Assembly: GCA_045635785.1 (NCBI GenBank) | Contig: JAZTWJ010000052.1 | Location: 541-64,540, forward strand | Length of the DNA: 64,000 nt | Reading direction: 5' to 3' | Origin: Candidatus Flemingiibacterium sp. | GTDB taxonomy: Bacteria; Bacillota; Clostridia; Oscillospirales; CAG-272 | Part shown: in pieces, positions 1-9,245 of the stretch | Position numbering within the stretch: position 1 is the stretch's first letter | How the letters are laid out: every line of letters starts with the position of its first letter | The notes under the pieces: model-generated | The model's input: only the letters and a program-made list of their open reading frames with translations | The model's database searches: none | What the model was told of the DNA's origin: nothing | Program-made: the position numbers and the translations under genes

Positions 1-2
1 CG

Positions 3-587
3 ATTCTCGATACCATCAAGGGATTCATTGTCCGACTCGGCCCCACCCTGGACCCGAATCTATACGAATGCCGCGGCGACCACATCTATGTCGCCCGCGA
101 TGCCAAGATCGCACCCACCGCTTTTATCGGAGAATATACCATCATCGACAGCGGCGCCGAGGTTCGTCACTGTGCATACATACGCGGCTCGGCAATCGTC
201 GGCAAAGGCGCTGTCGTCGGAAATTCCTGCGAACTAAAGAATTGTATTCTGTTCGACGGTGTGCAAGTGCCGCATTTCAACTATATCGGCGACTCGATCC
301 TCGGCTTCAAGTCCCATCTCGGCGCAGGCGCTGTCACCTCCAATGTCAAGAGCGACAAATCCCTCGTCACCGTTTGTGTGGAAGAAGCAGTCATCGAAAC
401 CGAGCGAAAGAAGCTCGGCGCCATTGTCGGAGACTTTGTTGAAGTCGGCTGCAACAGCGTGCTCTGTCCCGGCAGTATCGTCGGACGAAATACAAACATC
501 TATCCGCTTTCCCGCGTTCGCGGCATCATCCCGCCGGACTCTATTTACAAGGATTCGGGGAATATTGTCAAGAAAATCTGTTTATAA
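3..587 (+). CDS. GlmU-like hexapeptide-repeat (left-handed beta-helix) nucleotidyl/acetyltransferase, C-terminal part; 5' end lies outside the window
   Basis: Frame 3 is open from the window edge to the stop at 585-587. The translation (...GAVVGNSCELKNCILFDGVQVPHFNYIGDSILGFKSHLGAGAVTSNVKSD...GDFVEVGCNSVLCPGSIVG...) shows the hexapeptide periodicity of GlmU-type LbH domains. It lies directly upstream of glmM/glmS. Confidence 0.6.
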   Translation: MLDTIKGFIVRLGPTLDPNLYECRGDHIYVARDAKIAPTAFIGEYTIIDSGAEVRHCAYIRGSAIVGKGAVVGNSCELKNCILFDGVQVPHFNYIGDSILGFKSHLGAGAVTSNVKSDKSLVTVCVEEAVIETERKKLGAIVGDFVEVGCNSVLCPGSIVGRNTNIYPLSRVRGIIPPDSIYKDSGNIVKKICL

Positions 588-641
588 TCCGTCCATATAT
601 ATTGTTCTGTGTATATATATTTATTATTGAAAGGAATTAAC

Positions 642-2003
642 ATGGGAAGACTTTTCGGTACAGACGGCATCCGTGGCATTGCGAACGCCGAGCTGACCTG
701 TGAACGCGCCCTGCAGGTCGGCCGCGCCGTGGCGGAGGTGATTTCCGGCGGCAAACGGATCCAGCCCACGGTGCTCGTCGGCGCAGACACCCGTATTTCT
801 TCGGAAATGCTTGCCTCCGCCCTGATCGCCGGACTTTGCTCGGCAGGCGCACATGTCATTGATCTCGGCGTGATCCCCACACCTGCGGTCGCCTATCTTG
901 TGGGCAAATACAAGGCGCACGCGGGAATCATGATCTCCGCATCGCACAACCCCTTTGAGTACAACGGCATTAAGATCTTCAACGAGGACGGCTACAAGCT
1001 GGAGGATGAGCTGGAGGAACGCATCGAATCCATCGTTCTCGACAGCACTCCCGCACCCACTCTTGCCGATCCTAAAAGCATCGGCAGAGTCCACCGCGCA
1101 GAAAATGCCGCCATGGATTATGTGGATCACCTCTGCAGCTCGGTGCCCCATTCTTTGGAAGGGCTTCGCATTGCCATCGACTGTGCAAACGGCGCCGCGA
1201 GCCGCACGGCTGCTCTGCTGTTCAACCGCCTCGGCGCAGACTGCACCATTCTTTACGACAAGCCCGATGGCATCAACATCAACAACGGATGCGGCTCCAC
1301 CCATCTTGAAAATTTGAGACGATACGTTCTTGAAAACGGCATGGATGCGGGCATTGCCTTTGACGGCGACGCAGACCGTTGCCTGTGCATCGACGACAAG
1401 GGGCAGGAGATCGACGGCGATATGATCATCGCCATTCTTGCGCTGGATATGAAGGCGCGCGGAACGCTGAGTCACAATACAGTCGTAGGCACGGTCATGA
1501 CCAATTTCGGCTTCACGAAATTCTGCGCGGAAAACGATCTCCGTTTTTCCGCAACAAAGGTCGGCGACCGCTATGTGCTGGAGGAAATGCTCCTTGAGGG
1601 CTACAATTTGGGCGGCGAGCAGTCGGGACACATCATTTTCCGCGACTATGCCACCACGGGCGACGGTCAGCTCACCGCGGTACAGCTTCTCTCCCGGCTC
1701 AAACGCACGGGCGTAAAGCTGAGCGATGCGGCGAAGGTGATGACCCGATATCCGCAGTTTATCATCAATCTCCCCGTCACCAAGGAAGAAAAGGTGGCGT
1801 TCTATACCGATTTTGAAGTCAAGGCGATCTTAGAGGATGCAAAGAATGCTCTCGGAGATGGCGGCAGACTTCTTGCCAGACCTTCGGGAACCGAGCCGCT
1901 GATCCGCGTCATGGCGGAGGGAGAAAACGGCGATTTTATCAAGCAAATTGCGGAAACCACAGCAGAAAAAATTGCGAAACAGCTCGCAAGCTACAAATCA
2001 TAA
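642..2003 (+). CDS. glmM: phosphoglucosamine mutase
   Basis: MGRLFGTDGIRG N-terminus, active-site SASHNP motif and GDGDADR metal loop. AAAGGA SD lies 7 nt before the ATG at 642. The tracked ORF start at 609 is an AT-rich upstream extension. Confidence 0.95.
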   Translation: MGRLFGTDGIRGIANAELTCERALQVGRAVAEVISGGKRIQPTVLVGADTRISSEMLASALIAGLCSAGAHVIDLGVIPTPAVAYLVGKYKAHAGIMISASHNPFEYNGIKIFNEDGYKLEDELEERIESIVLDSTPAPTLADPKSIGRVHRAENAAMDYVDHLCSSVPHSLEGLRIAIDCANGAASRTAALLFNRLGADCTILYDKPDGININNGCGSTHLENLRRYVLENGMDAGIAFDGDADRCLCIDDKGQEIDGDMIIAILALDMKARGTLSHNTVVGTVMTNFGFTKFCAENDLRFSATKVGDRYVLEEMLLEGYNLGGEQSGHIIFRDYATTGDGQLTAVQLLSRLKRTGVKLSDAAKVMTRYPQFIINLPVTKEEKVAFYTDFEVKAILEDAKNALGDGGRLLARPSGTEPLIRVMAEGENGDFIKQIAETTAEKIAKQLASYKS

Positions 2004-2014
2004 AGAAAGGAAGG

Positions 2015-2195
2015 AAAAGAAGCGCCGGAACCATATTCTTATGGTTGACGAGGGGAAAAATCATCGAAAATTCGGCGGATGTTTTTCCGGCGGCATGCAA
2101 GCCGTCGTCAGTCCGATGACAAAACCTGCGGGTAACTGCGGAGACAAAACATCGGATCAATCCTTGCAAAACAATCTTTGAACAACCCCCATGGA
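2015..2195 (+). ncRNA. glmS ribozyme: glmS ribozyme (GlcN6P-dependent self-cleaving riboswitch)
   Basis: A^GCGCC cleavage-site motif at 2021-2026. It is followed by GGAACC...GGUUGACGAGG, AUCGAAAAUUCGGCGGAUG and CUUUGAACAA, matching the conserved core known from the B. subtilis glmS leader. It sits immediately 5' of glmS. Confidence 0.9.
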
Positions 2196-2236
2196 AAGCT
2201 CCATGGACAACCATATTATAGGAGAATTATTGGATT

Positions 2237-4060
2237 ATGTGTGGAATTATTGGATATATCGGAGATGAAAATTCTGTTTCCCACCTGATGGAGGGACTTC
2301 GCGCCCTCGAATACAGAGGTTACGACTCCGCAGGTGTGGCATTCTTTGACGGCGACGCGCTTCGCGTGGTCAAGGCGGCGGGACGTCTGGCAAATCTCGA
2401 AGCCAAGCTGACCGATGCGCCTGCCTCCCATTGCGGCATCGGACACACGCGCTGGGCAACCCACGGCGCGCCGGATGACATCAATGCACATCCCCACGGC
2501 ACCGCATCTCTGCAGCTGGTACATAACGGCATTGTTGAAAATTACGCGGCTCTGCGCGAGGAATTGACCGCGCTCGGCTACACCTTCAACAGCGCAACAG
2601 ACACCGAGGTGGCGGCAAAACTGCTTGATTACTATTATCGCGTGGAAAAGCTTTCGCCCCGAAATGCGCTGGAACAGCTGACCTCCCGTCTGCGCGGATC
2701 CTATGCGCTGGGCGTTCTGTTCGCCGACGATGCACATACGCTCTGGTGCGTAAGACGCGGCTCGCCGCTGATCGTGGGTGTCGGCAAGGATGAAAACTTC
2801 ATCGCATCGGACATCACAGCCATCCTTCGTCATACGCGCGACTACTATTCGCCCGACGAGGATGAGATCGCCGCAGTCACCAAAGATGCCGTTCAGATCT
2901 GGAAGGACGGAGTACTGATCGAAAAGCCCCTGCTTCGGGCAAGCTGGGACGTGGAAGCCGCTGAACGCGGCGGATATGAGCATTTCATGATGAAGGAAAT
3001 GCACGAGGAGCCGGATGCCGTTCGCGGAACGCTCCGCAGCCGCATTTGCGATGGCATGCCCGATTTTGCAGGTGATGGCTTCGATACCTCCGTTTTTGCA
3101 CGCATGACACGCCTGCACATCGTCGCTTGCGGCACTGCAATGCACGCGGGATTGATCGCACGCAGCTACTTCAGCAGTCTTGCAGAACTGCCGTGCGAGG
3201 TGGAGATCGCATCGGAATTCCGTTACGAAAATCCCATCATCGGCACGCAGGATCTGGTCATCATCATCTCCCAATCGGGCGAAACGGCGGATTCTCTTGC
3301 CGCACTGCGCCTTGCAAAGGAAAAGGGAGCGACCACACTTGCTGTAGTCAACGTGGTAGGTTCCTCCATCGCAAGAGAAGCGGATGCCGTGCTTTATACA
3401 CAGGCAGGACCGGAAATTGCTGTAGCCAGCACAAAGGCATATTCCGTTCAGACAGCACTTCTGTATCTGCTTGCCGTAGAAGCGGCAAAGGTGCGCGGCA
3501 CATTGGATGCATCCGCCGTTAAGCAAAGAACCGCCGCTCTGTATGAGCAGGTTCCCGAAACCATTGCCATCATGCTGGAACGATCGGAGGAGATGCGTCA
3601 GGCGGCAGAACGTCTTGCATCATCGGATGATATTTTCTATATCGGACGCGGCACGGACTATGCGCTCGCCGAGGAGGGCTCCCTCAAGCTGAAGGAGATC
3701 TCCTACATCCACAGCGAAGCCTACGCGGCCGGCGAATTGAAGCATGGTACCATTTCGCTGATCGAGCCCGGCATTCCCGTCATCGCACTCTGCACCGTTC
3801 CGTCTCTGCTCGAAAAGATGGTCTCAAACATCCGCGAGGTGAAGGCAAGAGGTGCGCTGACCTTGATCATTGCATCTGCAGATGCCGACATCCCCGCAGA
3901 TACCGCAGATACGGTCATCCGCATCCCCGAGATCGCGCCCGAGCTGGCGTTCCAGCCTGCGGTCACCGCATTACAGCTTCTCGCATATTACACCGCAAAA
4001 GCGCGCGGCTGTGATATCGACAAGCCCCGCAATCTGGCAAAATCGGTCACGGTTGAATAA
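2237..4060 (+). CDS. glmS: glutamine--fructose-6-phosphate aminotransferase (isomerizing)
   Basis: MCGIIGY Ntn-amidotransferase N-terminus, two SIS domains, C-terminal ...KPRNLAKSVTVE, 607 aa. Confidence 0.97.
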   Translation: MCGIIGYIGDENSVSHLMEGLRALEYRGYDSAGVAFFDGDALRVVKAAGRLANLEAKLTDAPASHCGIGHTRWATHGAPDDINAHPHGTASLQLVHNGIVENYAALREELTALGYTFNSATDTEVAAKLLDYYYRVEKLSPRNALEQLTSRLRGSYALGVLFADDAHTLWCVRRGSPLIVGVGKDENFIASDITAILRHTRDYYSPDEDEIAAVTKDAVQIWKDGVLIEKPLLRASWDVEAAERGGYEHFMMKEMHEEPDAVRGTLRSRICDGMPDFAGDGFDTSVFARMTRLHIVACGTAMHAGLIARSYFSSLAELPCEVEIASEFRYENPIIGTQDLVIIISQSGETADSLAALRLAKEKGATTLAVVNVVGSSIAREADAVLYTQAGPEIAVASTKAYSVQTALLYLLAVEAAKVRGTLDASAVKQRTAALYEQVPETIAIMLERSEEMRQAAERLASSDDIFYIGRGTDYALAEEGSLKLKEISYIHSEAYAAGELKHGTISLIEPGIPVIALCTVPSLLEKMVSNIREVKARGALTLIIASADADIPADTADTVIRIPEIAPELAFQPAVTALQLLAYYTAKARGCDIDKPRNLAKSVTVE

Positions 4061-4073
4061 ACTTTACGACAAA

Positions 4074-4105
4074 CGCTCCCGCGAAATTTCGCGGGGGCGT
4101 TTTTG
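4074..4105. terminator. bidirectional intrinsic terminator shared by convergent glmS and typA
   Basis: GC-rich hairpin CGCTCCCGCGAAA/TTTCGCGGGGGCG at 4074-4099 followed by TTTTT. The reverse complement is followed by TTTGT. Confidence 0.8.
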
Positions 4106-4116
4106 CTATGCTTCTA

Positions 4117-5940
4117 TTACTTTTTCAGCTTTGCCTGCGCCTTAAGTCGAGTCGGCGTATCGAGGATGCTCTTACGCAGACGAATGGATTTTGGCGTGAC
4201 CTCCATCAGCTCGTCTTCGGCAAGAAACTCGATGGCTTCTTCGAGGCTCATCACCTTGTGGGGCGTCAGGATCAGCGCCTCGTCCGCACCCGTGGAGCGG
4301 ATGGATGTGAGGTGCTTCTTCTTGCAGGGATTGAGGGAAATATCACCGATTTTCGGAGATTCGCCCACGATCATGCCCTCGTATACGGGCGTCTGAACGC
4401 CCACAAACATCTGACCGCGATCCTGCGTCTGATACAAGCCGTAGGAAGTGGTCTCGCCATCCTCGGATGCCACCAGCGAGCCCGTGTAACGCAGGGTGAT
4501 CTCGCCGCGGAATGCCTGATAGCTGTCAAACACCGAGTTGATAATGCCCTCACCGCGGGTATCGGTGAGAAATTCGCTGCGGTAGCCGAACAGACAGCGT
4601 GCGGGAATCAGATATTCGATTCGCATACGACTGCCGTGCAGTGCCATTTCGAGAAGCTCGCCCTTGCGGGAGCCAAGCTTTTGAATGACCGTGCCCTCGG
4701 AGCCCTCGGGAACGTCGATGGTCACACGCTCCATCGGCTCGCAAAGCTGACCGTCGATCTCCTTATACAACACGCGCGGCATGGAGCAGGTAAGCTCATA
4801 TCCCTCGCGGCGCATATTTTCGATCAGAATGGAAAGGTGCATTTCGCCTCTGCCCGCCACCTTGAAGCTGTCGGTGGTGTCGCCGTCGGAAACGCGCAGG
4901 GAAACATCCTTGAGCAGTTCCTTGTACAAACGCTCGCGCAGCTGACGGGATGTGACAAATTTGCCCTCGCGGCCTGCAAAGGGGCTGTCGTTGACCGAGA
5001 AGGTCATCTCCAGCGTCGGCTCGCTGACCTTGACAAATTCTAATGGCTCCACGCAATCCACCGCCGTTACCGTATCGCCGATGGTAACATCGGCAGCGCC
5101 GGAGAAGCATACGATGTCGCCCATCCTTGCTTCATTCACGGAAATGCGCTGTAAGCCGTCGATTTGATAAAGGGATACAATGCGGGTGCGCTTGGGTGCT
5201 TCTTCCGAATGGAAGTTGGAGACCATGATCTCCTGTCCCGTCTTGATCACACCGCGCTCCACGCGTCCGATACCGATCCTGCCCACATATTCGTTGTAGT
5301 CGATGGAGGATACCAGCATCTGAAGCGGCGCTTCCACCTCGCCCTCGGGCGCGGGAATATATTCGAGGATGGTGTCAAACAAGCACTTCAGATCCTCGCC
5401 CTTTTCGCCGGGGGTCAGGGAAGCGGTGCCGTCACGTCCGCAGGCAAAGATCATGGGAGAATCGAGCTGTTCATCGGTGGCATCGAGATCAATGAGAAGC
5501 TCCAGAACCTCGTCGATTACCTCATCAATGCGCGCATCGGGGCGGTCAACCTTGTTGACAACAACGATAACCTTGTGACCAAGCTCCAGCGCCTTCTGCA
5601 GAACAAATCTTGTCTGCGGCATGGGACCTTCCGCCGCATCCACCAGCAGCAGAACGCCGCTCACCATTTTGAGAATGCGCTCCACCTCGCCACCGAAGTC
5701 CGCATGGCCGGGCGTGTCGATAATGTTGATCTTTACATCTTTATAATGCGCGGCGGTATTCTTTGCGAGAATGGTAATGCCGCGCTCCTTTTCGATGGCG
5801 TTGGAGTCCATGACGCGCTCCTCCGTCGCCTGATTTTCGCGGAAAATGCCGCCCTGTCTCAGCATTTCGTCAACCAGCGTGGTCTTGCCGTGGTCAACGT
5901 GGGCGATGATGGCAATGTTTCTTAAATCTTCACGAATCAA
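4117..5940 (-). CDS. typA: translational GTPase TypA/BipA
   Basis: 607 aa. N-terminus [24 protein letters not shown] (G1), [11 protein letters not shown] (G3), NKVD (G4), EF-G-like domains. Confidence 0.95.
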   Translation of the reverse strand: MIREDLRNIAIIAHVDHGKTTLVDEMLRQGGIFRENQATEERVMDSNAIEKERGITILAKNTAAHYKDVKINIIDTPGHADFGGEVERILKMVSGVLLLVDAAEGPMPQTRFVLQKALELGHKVIVVVNKVDRPDARIDEVIDEVLELLIDLDATDEQLDSPMIFACGRDGTASLTPGEKGEDLKCLFDTILEYIPAPEGEVEAPLQMLVSSIDYNEYVGRIGIGRVERGVIKTGQEIMVSNFHSEEAPKRTRIVSLYQIDGLQRISVNEARMGDIVCFSGAADVTIGDTVTAVDCVEPLEFVKVSEPTLEMTFSVNDSPFAGREGKFVTSRQLRERLYKELLKDVSLRVSDGDTTDSFKVAGRGEMHLSILIENMRREGYELTCSMPRVLYKEIDGQLCEPMERVTIDVPEGSEGTVIQKLGSRKGELLEMALHGSRMRIEYLIPARCLFGYRSEFLTDTRGEGIINSVFDSYQAFRGEITLRYTGSLVASEDGETTSYGLYQTQDRGQMFVGVQTPVYEGMIVGESPKIGDISLNPCKKKHLTSIRSTGADEALILTPHKVMSLEEAIEFLAEDELMEVTPKSIRLRKSILDTPTRLKAQAKLKK

Positions 5941-6146
5941 AACGATTTCTCCTCTGTTTTATAAAATCAAACAATCTCACAATTTAATATTATATCACAT
6001 TTTTTGCCACCGTAAAAGAGCAAAAACCGCCAATCTTCCTTTGATTTTACAAAAGTTTTTTGATAGGGCAAATAAAATAGCCTGCAAAGGAGAGCATCTT
6101 GCGGATGCCTCCTGACAAAATTCGATGTTTCTTCAGCAAGCGCCGC

Positions 6147-6178
6147 ACACAAAGATCGGGAGGGCAAATGCCCTCCCG
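6147..6178 (-). terminator. putative intrinsic terminator downstream of ymdB
   Basis: 9-bp stem CGGGAGGGC/GCCCTCCCG at 6157-6178. On the minus strand it is followed by ATCTTTGTGTG, a weak T tract. Confidence 0.5.
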
Positions 6179-6184
6179 AAGCGG

Positions 6185-6967
6185 TTAAAATTTCACCCTC
6201 TCCACGGAGATCGCCTTCCATGAAGATTTTTCAAGCGTGAAAATCACGCCGTTGATTTCGGGCGCACCCTCTGCCAGCTCAAACTTCACCGGCAGCTTGG
6301 TACGCAGCTTTTCGATGATAATATCCGCGCGAACGCCAAGCACCCCATCGGGCGGACCCGACATGCCAAGATCGGTCACATATCCGCTTCCCTTTGGCAA
6401 AACGACTGTATCCGCCGTCGCCACATGGGTATGGGTACCGAAAATCGCGGCGATCCTGCCGTCGAAATATCTGCCAAGGGCAATTTTTTCGCTGGTCGCC
6501 TCCGCGTGAATATCCAGCACCGCAAAGTCATATTGCCCTGCCTCTCGCTCCAAAATGCGATCAACCGTGGCAAAGGGGCATGCCAACGGGTCCAGATAGA
6601 TTTGCCCCATCACATTGATGATAAGCACGCGATACCCGTCGATCTCCGCAAAGGTATAGCCGTTGCCCGGCGTGCCGAAGGGATAGTTCGCAGGACGCAC
6701 AAGCGTGCGACTGTTTTCAAGATAGCGACGAAGCTCCCTTTTGCGAAAGATGTGATTGCCGCCCGTCAATACATCGCATCCGGCAGACAGCAGCGCATCC
6801 GCGCTCTGCGGATCAAGTCCATTGCCGAGTGCCGCATTCTCCGCATTGCAAACCACCATTTGGATGTCATTTTCCTTGCGGAAGCTCCACAGTGTTTCGC
6901 CGATATATTTGACCGCGGCAGGTCCCACCACATCGCCGAGTGCCAGTAAACGGAAATTGTTACCCAT
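6185..6967 (-). CDS. ymdB: YmdB-family metallophosphoesterase (2',3'-cyclic-nucleotide 2'-phosphodiesterase)
   Basis: 260 aa, collinear with B. subtilis YmdB: LALGDVVG, NAENAA.GNG, RPANYP.GTPG, DIHAEATSEK, GTHTHV.TAD. Confidence 0.9.
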   Translation of the reverse strand: MGNNFRLLALGDVVGPAAVKYIGETLWSFRKENDIQMVVCNAENAALGNGLDPQSADALLSAGCDVLTGGNHIFRKRELRRYLENSRTLVRPANYPFGTPGNGYTFAEIDGYRVLIINVMGQIYLDPLACPFATVDRILEREAGQYDFAVLDIHAEATSEKIALGRYFDGRIAAIFGTHTHVATADTVVLPKGSGYVTDLGMSGPPDGVLGVRADIIIEKLRTKLPVKFELAEGAPEINGVIFTLEKSSWKAISVERVKF

Positions 6968-6975
6968 GCTTCCTC

Positions 6976-7959
6976 CTAATTCTTTCGCTCCGCATCATCG
7001 CGCGCCAAAAGCGCCCATCTTGTCACCTCAAACGCATTCTCCGCCGTCAGATCGCTTTCTTTATGATGCAGGATCTGTTCGAGAAAATCCACGAAAATAT
7101 CGCCCTCCGGCTCATTTTCAAGGATGAACTTGCCGCCCACGCTGTCGGAGATCAGCGTCACCTGACCGTCCGTCAGCTCCAAAATGCCTTCGGTGCCCAC
7201 AAGGCGCACGCGATCATCTCCGTGCGTTGGGGCTGTGCTCGGACGGAACATATCCGCCGTCACGCAGGCAATCACCTCTCCCGTCATCATAAACTGCGCC
7301 GAAGAAGTGATGTCCATGTCGCCGTTGTCGCCGTTGGCTACGGCGGAATGGAACGCATGCACGCTCGTATAGCTCTCGCCCGACAGCCACTGCATCCAAT
7401 CAATGGCGTGGATCGCCACCCACGGGATAATGCCCGGATAGGTTTTGCGCGATTTGTAAAATTCGGATCGCGTTCCGCACTTGTAGGATTTGCGCGAATC
7501 CATCATGCGGATCTTTCCGATTCTGCTATCTTTGATCGCTTTTTTAAGCGTAGCAAAGCCGGACTCATAGCGCATGCCGAACATGCCCGCGAGCCTTGCA
7601 TTTGATGCTTTATATGCCGCCTCCAAACGCTCGAGTTGCGGAATATCATGCGCCAGCGGCTTTTCCGCAAACACATGAATACCACGCTCCAATGCGTAAA
7701 TCGCACATTCGGCAATTTCATAAAAGGGCGGCGTAATAATCGCGATGTCGGGTTTTTCCGCATCCAGCATCATGCGCCAATCCTCGTACAGCTTCGGATC
7801 AAAGCCACGCTTTTTCAGATTGGCAAGCGCGCCCATGGTGCCTTCCGCCTCCAAACCGGCGCTGCCGCATGCAAGGGCTGTAAAATCAATATTATATGTT
7901 TTGATTCCCGGATATGCGTAGTACGCATGCCCTGCATTGCCGATTTGCACTGCTTTCAT
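6976..7959 (-). CDS. Gfo/Idh/MocA family oxidoreductase
   Basis: Rossmann N-terminal region followed by EKPLA and a C-terminal alpha/beta domain. Start chosen at the third ATG (MKAVQIG...) because GAGG lies 9 nt upstream. The ORF is open to 7992, which would overlap the rarA stop. Confidence 0.8.
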   Translation of the reverse strand: MKAVQIGNAGHAYYAYPGIKTYNIDFTALACGSAGLEAEGTMGALANLKKRGFDPKLYEDWRMMLDAEKPDIAIITPPFYEIAECAIYALERGIHVFAEKPLAHDIPQLERLEAAYKASNARLAGMFGMRYESGFATLKKAIKDSRIGKIRMMDSRKSYKCGTRSEFYKSRKTYPGIIPWVAIHAIDWMQWLSGESYTSVHAFHSAVANGDNGDMDITSSAQFMMTGEVIACVTADMFRPSTAPTHGDDRVRLVGTEGILELTDGQVTLISDSVGGKFILENEPEGDIFVDFLEQILHHKESDLTAENAFEVTRWALLARDDAERKN

Positions 7960-7970
7960 CTGCATAGACC

Positions 7971-9200
7971 TCATTTCTTGATTTTGTCCCAATACTGCTT
8001 TGCTGCCTGTTCGGTTTTGTTCTCGCCGTATTGATAATAATGCGCGTTTTTCAAATCATCGGGCAGATACTGCTGTGCCACCCAATCGTTTTCAAAGTCG
8101 TGGGGATATTTGTACCCGATATATTTCGGGCTTCGAAGATGCTTTGGCACCTCCTGTCCGCGTCCTGCCGCAATATCCGCATCGGCGGCAGCAAGAGCGG
8201 TATAAGCGGTATTGGATTTTGGCGCAGTCGCAAGCATCACCGCCGCATTTGCAAGGGGGATTCGTCCCTCGGGCAGTCCCAGCTCGCGCGCGCTTTCCAC
8301 GCAAGCGCGGGTGATCACCGCCGCCATGGGATAGGCAAGCCCGATGTCCTCGTTTGCGATCACCTGCAATCTGCGGCACGCGGAGATCAGATCGCCGCCT
8401 GCCAGCAGCTTTGCCAAATAGAACACTGCCGCATCGGGATCGGACCCTCGGATGGATTTTTGCAGACAAGAGAGCAGATCATAGTGTACATCGCCCGCCC
8501 TGTCAAAGCTTCCCACGATTTTCGGCGTAATGGATCCGATCAGCGAGACGGTGATCTCGCCGCCATTCGGATCCGCAAGGTAAAAGGCGTTTTCAAGCAG
8601 TCCGATGCTTCGTCTGACATCGCCTGCCGCACAGCCCGCAAGCATCTCCAGCGCCTCTTTGCCGAGCTTGACGGATGCCTGCTCCTCGCAATTGAGCGAT
8701 TCCAGCGTGCGGACGAGCGCGCGCTGGATATCCTCCGCGGAAACGGGGCGAAATTCAAACACCGCCGAACGGGAAATGATGGCATTGTATACATAAAAAT
8801 AGGGGTTTTCCGTGGTGGATGCGATCAGCGTGATCCGACCGTCCTCGATGTATTCAAGCAGCGATTGCTGTTGCTTTTTATTGAAATATTGGATCTCGTC
8901 AAGGTAGAGAAGAATGCCGCCGCTGCCCATCAGCGTACCCGTTTCTTCTATGACTTCTTTAACATCCGCAAGGCTTGCCGTGGTGGCATTCAGCCGACGC
9001 AATGTCATGCCCGAACGCTCCGCCACAATGTTTGCCGCCGTGGTTTTTCCCGTGCCGGGCGGGCCGAAGAAGATCATATTGGTAATGTGTCCCGACTCCA
9101 CCATGCGGCGCAGAACGCCGTTCTTTCCGACCAGCGGCTCCTGTCCCACCATATCGTCAAAATCCCGCGGGCGAACCCTGTCGGCAAGAGGTCTGTTCAT
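7971..9200 (-). CDS. rarA: replication-associated recombination protein A (AAA+ ATPase)
   Basis: 409 aa. LADRVRPRDFDDMVGQE, Walker A GPPGTGKTT, Walker B LYLDEIQ, MgsA C-terminal domain. Confidence 0.92.
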   Translation of the reverse strand: MNRPLADRVRPRDFDDMVGQEPLVGKNGVLRRMVESGHITNMIFFGPPGTGKTTAANIVAERSGMTLRRLNATTASLADVKEVIEETGTLMGSGGILLYLDEIQYFNKKQQQSLLEYIEDGRITLIASTTENPYFYVYNAIISRSAVFEFRPVSAEDIQRALVRTLESLNCEEQASVKLGKEALEMLAGCAAGDVRRSIGLLENAFYLADPNGGEITVSLIGSITPKIVGSFDRAGDVHYDLLSCLQKSIRGSDPDAAVFYLAKLLAGGDLISACRRLQVIANEDIGLAYPMAAVITRACVESARELGLPEGRIPLANAAVMLATAPKSNTAYTALAAADADIAAGRGQEVPKHLRSPKYIGYKYPHDFENDWVAQQYLPDDLKNAHYYQYGENKTEQAAKQYWDKIKK

Positions 9201-9245
9201 AGTAAATCTCCTACACCTTCATGTTATAACACGATTTCTTAAGCT

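Noticed and set aside
6105-6188. 27-codon ORF (MPPDKIRCFFSKRRTQRSGGQMPSRSG) in the typA-ymdB spacer, preceded by AAAGGAG
   Set aside because: The SD spacing is 13 nt. The ORF consists largely of the ymdB terminator hairpin and overlaps the ymdB stop. Nothing indicates that it is translated.
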